A stretch of 64,000 nucleotides of DNA from Octopus sinensis (GCF_006345805.1 NC_043005.1:99510001-99574000); one strand, 5' to 3'; positions 12,938-26,310 are shown, counted from the stretch's first letter. Translations and numbers: made by a program. The notes: generated from the letters alone by a model not told the origin.

Positions 12938-14597
12938 AAAAATGAGAATCTTTGATGCTAGCTTGCAATGAACAGTTTGACGGTGTCCAAAGAGCAAAAG
13001 GGATGTTCCGAGTGCCAATGTCTGTTTTAGCATTGTTTCTGTAGCTGGATACTCTTCTTAATGCCATCTGCTTTACAGAGTATCCTAGAGTTGTTTTTTA
13101 ATAACACAAGCACCAGTGAGGTTGCAAAGTACAGAGAGAGGTAGCTTTATGCCATCAGGTGGTGAGAAGCTAGAGTATGTTAGAGGAACAGACACAGATG
13201 TGTTGCTGTGCAGTAGATATATGACTTCCCAGCATTGTATAAGTTTGGATGGAAGTAGCTGGAAGCAAGACAGAGCTGGTGAGGAGATGACAAGGGACTA
13301 CTATGTAAGTATAGAAAGATGATTCAAATATATTATATGTGACTGTGTGGTAAGAAGCCTGCTTCCCAACAACATGGGTCTGGGTTCAGACCCTCTGCAT
13401 GACACTTTGGGCAAATTTCTTCTACTATACCCTCAGGCTAACCAAAGACTTGTGAATGGATTTGGTAGATGGAAACTGAAAGAAGAAATAAATACTACGC
13501 TTATAAAGAATAAGTCATGGGGTTGATTTGTTTGACTAAAAATACCCTTTAAGGTGGTGCTCCAGCATGGCTGCTGTTAAATGACTGACACATGTAAAAG
13601 AATAAAAGAATAGATATATATTTAAATTTTCAGGGTTCAAGAAAATCAGGTACTTAAATAGTTAAACACCAAGTTCAGGTCGGTTATATATATATCCTTA
13701 AATCCTTAAAAATGTTTTAGCCCGAAGGCCGCAGCCATGCTGGGCAGTTTCTGTCTACCAAATCCACTCACAAGGCTTTGGTTGGCTCAAGGCTATACTC
13801 TTTTACTTGTTTCAGTCATGTGACTGTGGCCATGCTGGTCTCTTTTGCCTAACTGCTAAGTAAACACACCAGCACTGGTTGTCAAGCGATGTTGGGGGGA
13901 CAAACACAGACACACAAACATATACACACATATACATATATATATATACATATATACGACGGGCTTCTTTCAGTTTCCATCTACCAAATCCACTCACAAG
14001 GCTTTGGTTGGCCCGAGGCTATAGTAGAAGACACTTGTTCGAGGTGCCACACAGTGGGACTGAACCCGGAACAATTTGGTTGGTTAGCAAGCTACTTACC
14101 ACACAGCCACTCCTGCACCTCTAGTAGAAGACATTTGCCCAAAGTGCCATGCATATGGTTGGGAAGCAAGCATCCTACCACGCAGTCACTCCTGTGCCTA
14201 AATGTATGTTTGCATTTATTATTCATGTGTACATGAGTTAAAATTCAGCAGAAATCGACTTTGCCTTTCATCCTTTCAGGGCTGATAAATTAAGTACCAG
14301 TTGTGTACTGGAATCAATCTAATCAACTGGCACCCTCCTCAAAGATTTCAGGCCTAGTGCCTAAAGTAGAAAAGATTATTCATGTATACATCTGACTAAA
14401 AACTAGTGTTGTCTGTGTTTTATGTCTTTTCATCCTTTAACACTTTGCAGTTTGACAAATAGATTCTGATGAAATAGGCACCCGACTGAGATGTTTACGA
14501 GATGCACTCAACCGCAAAATGATTGCAGGCCAATGATTGGAATCAATAAAAGAACATGACTTAGTTTATTTGTGGTGTTTGTGATTTAACTTCTTTC

Positions 14598-15025
14598 GGA
14601 TCTCTTCGGTTTGAACGGCAGTTTTTTCTAGCAGTGTCGTATGAAATTGTCACCCATAATCATGACTCTAGTATCGGTCAATTCCATTTCAATATGGTTT
14701 ATGGTTAGGGTTAGTTAGGGTTAGGTGTGGTGAAGGGTATCTTTTTTTCTTCACAAATGTAAATAAACCCAATCTGTTTCTTAAACGAGGGACATATTCA
14801 TAAGGTACAGAATGTTTTTTTTACCTCAATAGACGTCATTGATTGGTTGAAATTGCAGAAATTGAAGGAAAAAAACAACAAATATCTTACAAACTATAGA
14901 ATTTTCTCAATAAAGCCAAGAGAAAAAGATGTTTTATAAACACATTCTACAAGTATACAAAGTCTAAAATTTTTTAGTTACGTGGAAATTATTTAAAAAA
15001 ACTGCCGTTCAAACCGAAAAGATCC
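14598..15025. mobile_element. Non-autonomous DNA transposon (MITE, 428 bp) with about 30-bp TIRs and an 8-bp TSD
   Basis: TIR GGATCTCTTCGGTTTGAACGGCAGTTTTTT and its near-perfect inverse at the right end. Identical CTTCTTTC at 14590-14597 and 15026-15033. Confidence 0.9.
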
Positions 15026-15338
15026 CTTCTTTCTTCTAAAAAATCAAAGTTAGAAATGTTACTTCACACACTTTGAAGACAGAAAGACTAAAGTTTTACT
15101 TAGCTACATTGACAGGAGAGACCAACATGTGATATTTATGACTTTCTCTGTAAGCAAAGAGAATACATAAAACATGCAGTAAAGAATTACTCAAAACTTA
15201 ATTCAGGACTTTGGTCTCTTGCACTCCTCTCAAGGCTAGATTTCATAATGAACCCAGGGGAAGAAAAAGCAAAGTTCAGCAGTGAAAACTACAAATATTA
15301 TTTGGAGTTTTGACAAAAATAAGAAGTAAAAATTATGG

Positions 15339-15446
<108 letters not shown>

Positions 15447-16854
15447 AGTATGTATGTATGTATATGGGGAAAAAGTATGAAAGAAAAAATTCTGCCAAAA
15501 AATTTTCTAAATAGATCACTAAATACAAATGGCAGAGAAAATAGGAAAAATGTAAAGAAATTAGGAATATGTATAAGTGATTTTTTATTCTAATTTTTAA
15601 ACTTATGAAAATTTGTTTTTAGAGGCAGATATACAAAAACAAAAAAAAAATGGAAAATGACAAAAACATGAAAAACAGATTTAAAAGATGGTAAAATAAA
15701 ATTCTTAAAAAAAACCCAGAAATGAATAAATAATTTGTGGAAAGTAAAGGAATGAACAATATGGATGTTGTGTGTCTTTTTAAAGATGACATTTAAATAA
15801 GAAAAATAACAAAATATATGAACTGAGCAAAAGATGACAATAATTTTTGAACGAAACAATGTAAAAGTGTAAAAAAAAACAACAAAAGTTTAAATAATAA
15901 AGATATGAAAATAAAATATAAACGAAGCAAATATAATGCTAAACTATATAAAATAATAAAAATCATGTCTATTAATTTTTACTGTGTGTTTTTAAACTGA
16001 AATATGGAGAAGTAATAGTTGATATTTGTGATCAGGTTCTGTTGTGGTAGAGAATATTTTCAGTGTTTAAATGGAGAGGTAATGACTTTGAATATCTTCA
16101 TTTTTCTTACTTAGTAAACAAGGTTTATAGTTAAAGTTATCTTTAAGAATGCAAACTGCTAAAATGAGTTGATTTCTGAAGAGAAGCAGAAATCCTTCAC
16201 TTTTTCTGTCTGTCTCTCTATCTCTCTGTACACACACACACACACACACACATAATTCTGTTATAAAAACAGTATTGGCTTGCTTAGATTTCATTTGGAG
16301 CAAGTCAAAACTTCGAAGTCACTGTCAATATTCTTCTTGTAAAAGAATAACAAGTATGCACTCTACAAAAATTATTGAGTGATCCTCTGAATTAATGAAA
16401 AATTACTTTCATTATAACTCAATGTAAGGCAGTGAACTGGCGGAATCGTTAGCATGCCGGGCGAAATGATCAGTGGTATTTCGTCTGCTGCTATGTTCTG
16501 AGTTCAAATTCCACTGAGGTCGACTTTACCTTTCATCCTTTTGGGGTCGATAAATTAGGTATCAGTTATGTACTGGGGTCAATGTGATCCACTTACCCCC
16601 TCCCCACAAAATCCAGGCCTTGTGTCAATAATAGAAAGGATTATAACCCAATGTAAAAAAAACCATTTATACATACACACACACACACACATATATGATG
16701 GGCTTTGGCCAGACCGAGGCTACAGTAGATGGCAAGGTGCCATACAGTGGGACTGAACCTGGAATCATGTGGTTGGGAAGCAAGCTTCATACCACACAGC
16801 CATGCCTGCGGCTGTATATATATATATGTATATATATGTATATATATATATGTA

Positions 16855-16932
<78 letters not shown>

Positions 16933-17244
16933 AAGGTAAAAAAGAACCCTTTTGGCCATCAATGACCATGGGATTGCATATAGGAAGTTCTCCTTCGAAG
17001 TCCAAGTCTGGGCAAGGTTGTTTATGGAAGACCATCAGTCGCCCATGCATACCAGCCTCCCTTCTCCATGCTACTGATGTTATCCAAAGGGAAGGCAAAG
17101 GCTGGTACTCCTTTCTACAGCTAAGTGAACTGGAGTAATGTGAAATAAAGTGTCTTGCTCAAGAACACAAGACACAGCCTGGTCCGAGAATCAAACTCAC
17201 TATGATTGTGAGCTTGATGCCCTAACCATGGAGCCATCTTTCTT

Positions 17245-17650
17245 TTATCTTTTATTTTTTAACTGGTTTCAGACAGAACCTGAGATCAGGCAGGGGCACT
17301 GTCTTTCACTTTGATTGGGTTACTTTCTGCACTGTTTTTGGTGAAGTAGTGAGTTGTGTGGAGCTAATCTTCTTTGTGCTTCCTGCCATAACGTAAGGTT
17401 ATCTGGTATTTCAGATGAAAATTTGTCCAGAGGTTCTTTGAAGGCCTCATTATCTAGACTTCAGAAATCTCTGAGACTGTTCAGCAGAATTTTGAATAAT
17501 TGTGGACTCTTGAAACCCAAGCTATTACAGTACTGGGTTGTTACTCTAGATGCAGAAGAGGAGATCTTTGGTACTATGCCCTACCCATGAGCGTAACTGT
17601 AAATGTATTTGTCTTATCTCTTCGTTATGAACGCACAGTATCACAAACAT
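17245..17650 (-). mobile_element. Diverged 3' fragment of a related CR1/L2-group LINE
   Basis: Minus-strand GRGIVPKISSSASRVTTQYCNSLGF aligns with GRHCIVPRTPNLPSRCRTRYCDSLGF of the 33-kb LINE. Antisense ORFs 17354-17590 and 32665-32967 are similar to each other. Related 3' end followed by an A-rich tail. Confidence 0.75.
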
Positions 17651-17907
17651 CATCCTAATCTTGGTCACATTCATTTTGCAGGAAGAAGAGACATTCTGAG
17701 GGAATTTCCCTTTGACCTTACAGAATGGAACCCTCCAACATCTTGACCTTACTTTTTCTGACCTTCAGCTGTATGACCCTACAGGATGAAAACTCCTGCA
17801 CCCTAACTTTACTTTCTCTGATATCCACCATGTTAACCTTGCTTTTGAAAGCTTTAATTGTAAATCTAATAGATACAATCTTGCAGAGAGATATTCTGCA
17901 CTCCCTC

Positions 17908-17955
<48 letters not shown>

Positions 17956-17993
17956 TATGCTCACAACAAATATACATACACACATACACACCA

Positions 17994-18051
<58 letters not shown>

Positions 18052-19102
18052 TACATATATATATATATAAGTATTTATATCTACACACACACACATATAC
18101 ACACATATGCATACATATACAATCCCACCACCTAAAAGAATGATTTACAAACTATTACTTAACTGCCAGCTACTTTTTTCTGTTGTTGTTGCTCTTGCTG
18201 TTGTTTTTGTCTGTCTTGAAAGTAAACTATTGTATTAAGTTGTTGTTACTATTGTCTGTCTTAGAGGTGAGTTACTGTATGTTGTTACTGTTGTTGTTGT
18301 TGTTTGACTCAGGGGTAAATTACTGCATCGGGGTGAGTGAGAAGATGAAGGCAGCACAGGTTGAAAATAAAAAAAATAAAAGAAATTTTAAAAACATCAG
18401 AAAGAACAACTGTGTAACTACGAAGATTGTGATTCTTAGATAAGACTTAAAAGAAATGAAATCCAACAAAAAAAAAGGCAAAACAGAAACAAAATACTAT
18501 ATATAAAAGAAATTTAACAATTTAAGAATTTTTCTTTTCCTTTTCCTTTCTTTCCCCAGAGAATTCTATTTGGTAAATTAGACTCAAGGTTTGAAACCAT
18601 TTCACGTCACAGAAACTGTAACAGTAACAAAAGACAACAAAAGAATCTGTGGAAACAATGAAGATTTAGTGTTAAACTTTCTGTGATGACAGGGATACTA
18701 ATCACTGCATTAATGAGTCATTAGTAATTATCTCAAGTAAAATAAACATAAATTTCTGCTATAATTTATAACGAGTATAAGGCATAGTTTATGAGAGGAA
18801 TTAATATTTTGTTTCATTGAAATGTATATTAAAAAAAAAAATAAAACATAAAAGAAAATTTACACAAATTAAAACTTATTACACACACACACAAATATAT
18901 AACTATATATCTGTATATACAACATTCTTTACAAGATTCCAAAGCTTGGAAATGTACCAAAAGAAATCGATCCCTGTCTCCATAGATATCTATAATTAAA
19001 TTAAGCTGATAAGTCCATGTGTGTCATGGGTCCCAGTTCTAACATCTATTTTTACATGCTTGCCTGGGTCAGAAAGAATTCATTGAGACAGATTTTCTAG
19101 GA

Positions 19103-19138
<36 letters not shown>

Positions 19139-19239
19139 TTATACGCAACTGGTACTTAATTTATCAACCCCGAAAGGAAGAAAAGCAATTGTACATTACT
19201 AACAATTGATGGATATTTGTCCTCATCTTGTTTGTTGTT

Positions 19240-19285
19240 AACACAACGTTTCAGCTGATATACCCTCCAGCCTTCATCAGGTGTC
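19240..19285 (-). ncRNA. Minimal type I hammerhead ribozyme motif (canonical CUGAUGA/GAAA core)
   Basis: Minus strand: GACAC CTGATGA A GGCTG-gagggtatat-CAGCT GAA ACGT T GTGTT. Stems I and II pair with one G-U each; palindromic ACGT. Confidence 0.7.
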
Positions 19286-19369
19286 TTGGGAAATTTTGAA
19301 CCTGGGTTCTCATTCCTAAGGTATTTTTTGATGTTATCATTATTATTATTATTATTATTATTATTGCTG

Positions 19370-19444
19370 AGGTCACTGCTTGGAATCAAACACGGAATCT
19401 TGGGTTTAGTAGCCTGCACTCTTAACCACTACGCCATATGCCCA
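19370..19444 (-). mobile_element. tRNA-derived Pol III head of a hammerhead-containing repeat
   Basis: A box TGGCGTAGTGG (19426-19436) and B box-like GTTTGATTCC (19382-19391) on the minus strand. Confidence 0.7.
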
Positions 19445-19626
19445 TGTGTGTTAACAACAAATAAGATGAGAACAAATATCCGTCAAGTGTAAATAATGTA
19501 CATAATTCCTCTTCTCTAAAATATAGAAAAGTTAACCTTGGTGGAATTTGAACTCAGAACATAAAGACAAACAAAATATCGCTAAGTATTTTGTCTGGCT
19601 AATGTTTCTGCCAACTCACTGCTTTA

Positions 19627-19665
<39 letters not shown>

Positions 19666-20535
19666 GAGAGAGAGAGAGAGAGAGAAATGTTATAAGAAAG
19701 ATAACTCAATATTATAGAAAGACATTTAGATAAAATACAAGGGATATTATATATCTGATGAAAGGCGGTGAGCTGGCAGAGATGTTTGCACGCTGAGTGA
19801 ATTGCTTAGCAGTATTTTGTCTGTCCTTATGTTCTGAGTTCAAAATCTGCTAAGGTCAACTTTGCCTTTCATCGTTTCAGGGTCGATAAATTACGTACCA
19901 GTTGCATAGTGGGGTCGATCTAATCGACTGCCTCCCCTAAAAAAATTTCAGGCTCTATGCCTAGAGTAGAAAAAATTATATATCTGGTCACCATTCCTCT
20001 AAGTTCGTCTGCTACTGCTGTGTTTACCGTTCTCTAAATGCCATCCCAACCACCAGTTCAATCATCTCTTTACCAACCTCTATTCTCTGAAGATATTCAT
20101 GAAGAGTTGAAAAGATTGAAGAGTTTTATATGGCTATGATGTAACTTAAATGTAAACTGTTTGATGAGCATGAAGAGGATACTGCCACCAATTGAGGACG
20201 AAATAGATTTAAGAACTTTTGCATGGACTGAGTGGAGAAGGGAAATTTAGGAGGAGTTTTAATGAATGAGTGTAGTTGAAAACGAAAGTTGTAGTAAATA
20301 AAATTCCTTTGTCAAAATGAGTAATACTTATGGAGTCATCTTCATTGATGTATTGTTGGTAGAAACTCTGTGATATGCATAAGGCCCTATTGTCAAGAGA
20401 ATTGAGGGTCCAGCTACAACTTGGGATAAGATTGATACACAGACCATTTCTTATATAAAATCTGTTCTGTGTGTGTGTGTGGCTTCTAGGATTTCGGACA
20501 TCCTCCATCCAATTGCACTCAAATTTGATATGTAG

Positions 20536-20575
20536 ATACCGACGGTATCAGGGCATGCCCTGATACCGTCGGTAT
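20536..20575. repeat. Perfect 40-bp palindrome without spacer
   Basis: ATACCGACGGTATCAGGGCA|TGCCCTGATACCGTCGGTAT. Confidence 0.95.
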
Positions 20576-21259
20576 GGAAAGCGGACGCTAAATGATGATG
20601 ATATACACATACATTTACACACACACACACACAAATTGAATAAAGAATGGATATTGTTGTTAAGTGCCAGGTTAGAACACAACCAGCAGACCTTTAATCA
20701 TGAGTATTCCACCAGTGACCATCACATTCTATTTTTTTACATCTTTCTACATTGAGAACCACATTATTCAATATCTCTTTCTTTTAAGATATAAGGGTGT
20801 TGAATTATATGGGATATTTAGTTGTTATTTCTAGCAGATTAAGAGACCCTGTAGAGAGTGCTTTGATTGTGATGGCAATTATCTAACCCAAAACAGAGGT
20901 AAGATAAGTCTCTCTAGTAATGCTACCAATAGTAAGATTTGAACTCAAAACACCAGGTTTATGCACTTACTGCATTAATGATAGCTCTTTGTATTATTTC
21001 TGCTTTGTTGACAATAATTCTAATTCCGTACAGGATTTCTATTATAAATTGTTATGACAGAATTAGTAGCGATTTGACAATATAAATAGGAACTGTAACC
21101 TTCAGTTTAGATTTGGTTGAGAATTTATAATACAAAGTGCTAATGAGCTGCACAACATCAACAACATCAACAACAACGCTAGCAGCACTGAGTCTTGTTT
21201 TAGAGATTCTAGAAGGTTGTCTATAGATGATACAAGTTCAGTATATATATATATATGTA

Positions 21260-21292
<33 letters not shown>

Positions 21293-21340
21293 GAATATAT
21301 ATACACACACATACATACATACATAAATAAATACATACAG

Positions 21341-21376
<36 letters not shown>

Positions 21377-21474
21377 GCACACATATATATATATACATAC
21401 ACACACCTATTTGTCTCTTTTCAATGATTGTATATGACAGCCTGTATATATATTACTGTCTCTCTCTCTCTGCA

Positions 21475-21526
<52 letters not shown>

Positions 21527-23458
21527 TATATATGTACATGTATATATGTGTTTGTTTATGAATATATGTTTCTGTAAATGGACATATAGAGCATGTGTGA
21601 ATGATATGAATGATATATAGAAGCATACACACATGCACAAACAAACCTAAATATATGTACATATGTAAGCAAGTTGTGTGTATATGTGTGTGTGCATGCA
21701 TGTGTGTGTGTGTGTGTGAGTGTGTGTGTGTGTGTGTGTGAATCTATAGCTTACTTCACGATGAGGAGCTGACAGAATTATTAGCATGCTGGGTGAAATG
21801 CTTAGTGGCATTTTGTCCATTTATTATGTTCTGAGTTCAAATCTGCTGAGGTCGACTTTGCCTTTTATTCTTTCTGGGTTGCTAAAATAAGGACCAGTCA
21901 AGCACTGGGGTCAATGTAATCGATTTACCTGTGTCCCCCAAAATTGCTAACATTGCACCAAAATTTGAAACCAATATATACCGTACTTATTCTTTCGTAT
22001 ATATAATTCCTCTCTCTCACACACACATGTATAAATTTACAGTGCCACATACAAATACACACAGCATCACACATATGCATAGATGCACACACACACATAC
22101 TGACAGAGCACTACATACACATATGGCTATTTTATGATGAACCTTATTTCCAGTTCCGTTGGTTACACTGACCAAATTGGTTTGGTTATCATCTCCAAGA
22201 CACTTAATTCCATTCACCTCTTCTTTATTTCATAACAACTTCTCTTCACCTCAGTAACTATACATAATGATATTCTATAACATGGATATACAACGTCCTT
22301 GTATTTCATAGAGAGAAAAAAAAGTGGTGAGAGGGAAGATAAAAGAAGAAAAAAAAACCCTCACATAAATGAATCGGTAAATGGAAACCTCACTGAATGG
22401 ACTTCCTTTGGTTTCTGCATCAGTGAACACACAGCCTAGCTAAAGAATGAATATGAATCAATAACTATTGATATTTATTATGTCAATCTTGCTAATTTCT
22501 CAAGCCTATGCCATTCAATGGTCCCTATTTATCTCTGTCATAGATAATGCCGCTGTGTCTTGATCTCATTTAACTTACCAGAGGTTATAGATGGACAGTG
22601 CAAACAACTTTTCACCTCCATTAGGAATCAAGGACGAGCATTCCTCTCTCACTGATTCCAATGAATGCTTATACTTCCGATTAAACCAACACTAGATTTG
22701 CTTCCATTTTTGTTTTTTGGTGCGGAAAGGGTTCCTTTATTTTCATTTCAGTTAGTTTAGCTGTTTTTTTTCTTTCACTTCCTCTGAAGCAAATTTGTGG
22801 TTTCTTGTCATAAAAGGTATCGTGTTCTATTGGAATAGTTACAGGCTTGTGGTGACTCAAAATGAAACAAAGAAACTGAAAGGCAGTAAAATTGTTTCCA
22901 GTTTGATGGAGAAGATAAAAGCTACATTCAAGATATGTTGTTGATTGAGGAGACAAGAAGCCTTCAAGATACATTGTTGATTGAGGAGGCAAGAGACCTT
23001 CACATGTGTTGCTAGTTCATCCCATTGTTGATGGATGTGGCAATGATTAAGGGTCCATTATTGCTTTAATACATCTTCCATAATCATTTTTCTCTGGTCA
23101 CTGCTGTTTATTGTAGAGGTAGAACTGTTCTGTATTGACACAATGAGGGAGAATACAAGGTGTTGACCTTCTGGCTGAGAGATCAGGGCTTCATATTTCA
23201 TCAATGCAGCTACATTGAACCCTTTTTTCAGACAAAAATCCTTACCATTTAAATTCTTTTCTACTCTAGGCACAAGGCCCGAAAGTTTTGGGGAGGGGGC
23301 CAGTCAATTAGATTAACCCCAGTACGCAACTGGTACTTAATTTGTTGACACCAGAAAGATGAAAGGCAAAGTTGACTCGGTGGAATTTTGAATGCAGAAC
23401 GTAAAGACACAAAATACCGCTAAGCACTTCACCCAGTGTGCTAATGTTTCTGCCTGCT

Positions 23459-23625
23459 AGGTGCAGGAGTGGCTATGTGGTAAGTAGCTTGTTTACCAAT
23501 CACATGGTTCTGGGTTGAGTCCCATTGCATGGCACCTTGGTCAAGTGTCTCCTACTATAGCCTCAGATTGACCAAAGCCTTGTGAGTGTCATTTAGTAGA
23601 TGGAAACTGAAAGAAGCCCATCATA

Positions 23626-23666
<41 letters not shown>

Positions 23667-23895
23667 ATATGTTTATGTGTCTGTGTTTTCCCCCCCCTCC
23701 CCAACATCGCTTCACAACTGATGCTGGTGTGTTTACGTCGCTGTAACTTAGCAGTTTGGCAAAAAGAAACCGATAGAATAAGTACTAGGTTTACAAAGAA
23801 TAAGTCCTGGGGTTGATTTGCTTGACTAAAAGCGGTGCTCCAGCATGGCCACAGTCAAATGACTGAAACAAGTAAAAGAATAAAAGAGTAAAAGG
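23459..23895 (+). mobile_element. SINE family B (tRNA-like head, internal TA/TG microsatellite, LINE-like 3' tail)
   Basis: Head GGAGTGGCT(G/A)TGTGGTAAG...GGGTT(C/G)AGTCCC; tail GCGGTGCTCCAGCATGGCCACAGTCAAATGACTGAAACAAGTAAAAGA. Other copies at about 590-1010(-), 1206-1563, 4350-4732(-), 13325-13610, 13795-14120(-), 30770-31143(-), 34361-35050, 61830-62075(-). Confidence 0.85.
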
Positions 23896-26059
23896 AAACC
23901 CATAAAAAGTAATTCTTCTGCAAATTTGTGATTTCAAAAATATTTGCTACCAAAGATGGTTGTACAATAAATTTAACATCTCAGACCAGTTGTATTTATT
24001 TAATACTGGTCTATTTCCTGATGACTTAAGTTATTTGGTGATCCTGCTGGTACTGGTGTCATGTAAAAAGTACCCAGGTACACTCTGTCATGTGAGTAGC
24101 ATTAGGAATGACATCCATCCAAGGAAACAATACCAAAGCAGACAGAGTTTGGCACAGTCCTCTGACTCACCAGTTCCTGAGTAGCCTTCCAACCAATGCT
24201 TGCATGGTAAGCAGACATTAAATGATAATGATGATGTTGATGATGATGATGATGATGATGATGATGAGAAGAACAGTGCTCTCATGATCCATTTTCAGGA
24301 CCACTGAGACTGATGCATGGAAGGAAGCACATTTATCTTCAGTTCAGAAACCTAATCTGAATTCTTGCAAAAGAGTTGGTACCCAAAAGTCAATTGGTGG
24401 ATTTAAGCTTACAAATGCATTATATCTGCTATTCCAAAATGAGAACAATCTCTCTAATTGGGCTTCTATGTAGATTTCTTCAGTAAAATTGCCCAGAAGG
24501 TTTCAGCTGACGCTAAGAAGAAAATTACCCAAAGCATCTCATAACGGTATCAAATTCATAACCATGTAGATACAAAATAAACTTGTTAATCACACAACAT
24601 TGAATGTGGCAAATTATATCATGGATGTATATAATTTAATTACAACTATATTTTAGCTTCAATATATTTGTGGCATGTATACGATGCAAAATGATCTTAA
24701 ACTCTTCACCATCTGATTTGTGAATCAAGTTCAATTTGTAATTGAGATATTTCACTTCATATTTGTGATTTTTGGTTGTAGTCAACATCCTAAAGAAGGA
24801 AGGGGTTTCTGCTGATCTGAAATTTAGCTTGTTTATGGAGATGAAGACCTAAGGGGTCATTCAGAACCCAATATATTGAGAGTGGCCAGACAACCAGCTG
24901 ACCTGTCTTTTGACAAAGACTAAATCTTCTGGGGTACATTATCAGAGAACATAACTGTGTATCTGCAGTAAATATATTTATATTTGAAATGATGTCTTCT
25001 TATTCTTTCCATCATGTTACTTGAACTCTTGCTGTATTACAATGCCACTTCATTTCATTCTCCATAAACCACCTACTTCTCTTCCTCTTCTCCAGCTATG
25101 ATAAACTATCACTTATCTTCCTCCTCTAGCTCTATGATAAAACACCACTAAATCTGTCGTAAACCACCACTTCTAATTTCCTTCATCACTCTAGATCTGC
25201 TGTTGTAATCCCTGTTTTGACTACAATCGAATTCAATGTTTAAATACCTCAAGTCACATCTAGTTATCTCACACTTGATTTGTCTAACCTTATTTCTGCC
25301 TTAGATAATCATCAGTCACCACTTATAAATCTGTTGTTATGTCTAACTTCATCACATCAAGTACTCTTTTATTATGTCTAGTCTCAACTCTCCAAGTACT
25401 CTTATATTATGCCTAAATTAATTGCACCAAGTTCTTTTTATCTTAGATAATCCTACCCTATCACAAAATTAACCACCATTCATTATTCCCCTAAAATTAT
25501 TTCTAGTGAATTCCCTGGTTAGTTGCAATCTAATTTATCAACCACATTTCTAGTTGTTCAGCTTCTATCAATTTCCACTCTGCATTCTAGATTAAATTAC
25601 ATCACTTTAAAGTGTACTTGCCTTATCACCCTATCTTCTAAGCTTTCCATTAACAACAAACTTCCTTATGGTATAAATTATAACAAATTCGCTTCATTTA
25701 ATTTCTTTGTCCCAGAATCCAAACAAGAGAATAAGTTAAATTGATTCTTTGATAATTATCAAATGAGAAGAAAGATCCTCGACATAGAATTAGCTTGTCA
25801 ACTGGATCGTTGAATGGATCAAAGACTGAAATGATCCTTGATACATTGATCAAAGACAGAATTGAGAAAATGATAAATTAAAGTGGAAATAATTTCCTGT
25901 TAATTAGGAAGTTGGAATATGGCTTAAGTTTTGAATTCAACTTAGAATTTTGTGAAATAAAGTATGAACATAAAATATAAAATAAATTGTAAAATATGTA
26001 AAATTTAGATTGCTTTCATACCATGATTGTGGAAAGTAGACAGCAGACTCATCATAAGC

Positions 26060-26310
26060 CATGATGCATGACATAACCATGTATGACATTTATCACCAAG
26101 TATTAAATCACCATGTGGGACACTCATCATGTGTCACATTCATCACTATGGGTGATATTTTATCAAAACATGTGACATCTACTTGTGTAACATTGAACAC
26201 TATGTGTCACATTACCACATGTAACATTTAGCATCATGTGTGACATTTAACACGATGTGCGATGTTCATCACTGCATGTTACTTTTATAATCAAGTGTGC
26301 CATTGATATG
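26060..26310. repeat. Degenerate minisatellite, about 19-21-bp unit (CATCACCATGTGTGACATT-like)
   Basis: About a dozen diverged CAT...ATGTG..ACATT units in tandem. Confidence 0.65.

Noticed and set aside
13116-13322. ORF ending at a strong GTAAGT donor
   Set aside because: No recognisable protein, and the EEMTRD end resembles RTE 3' remnants. Cannot distinguish exon from decayed LINE.
14703-14725. True telomere or chromosome-fusion site
   Set aside because: Only about 3 imperfect units, located inside a TSD-flanked MITE.
19370-19444. Functional tRNA gene (likewise the heads of SINE families A, B and D)
   Set aside because: Acceptor and anticodon stems do not pair properly, and the heads run into repeat bodies.
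26060-26310. CRISPR-like periodicity
   Set aside because: Units are contiguous and degenerate with no unique spacers, and the context is eukaryotic with no cas genes.
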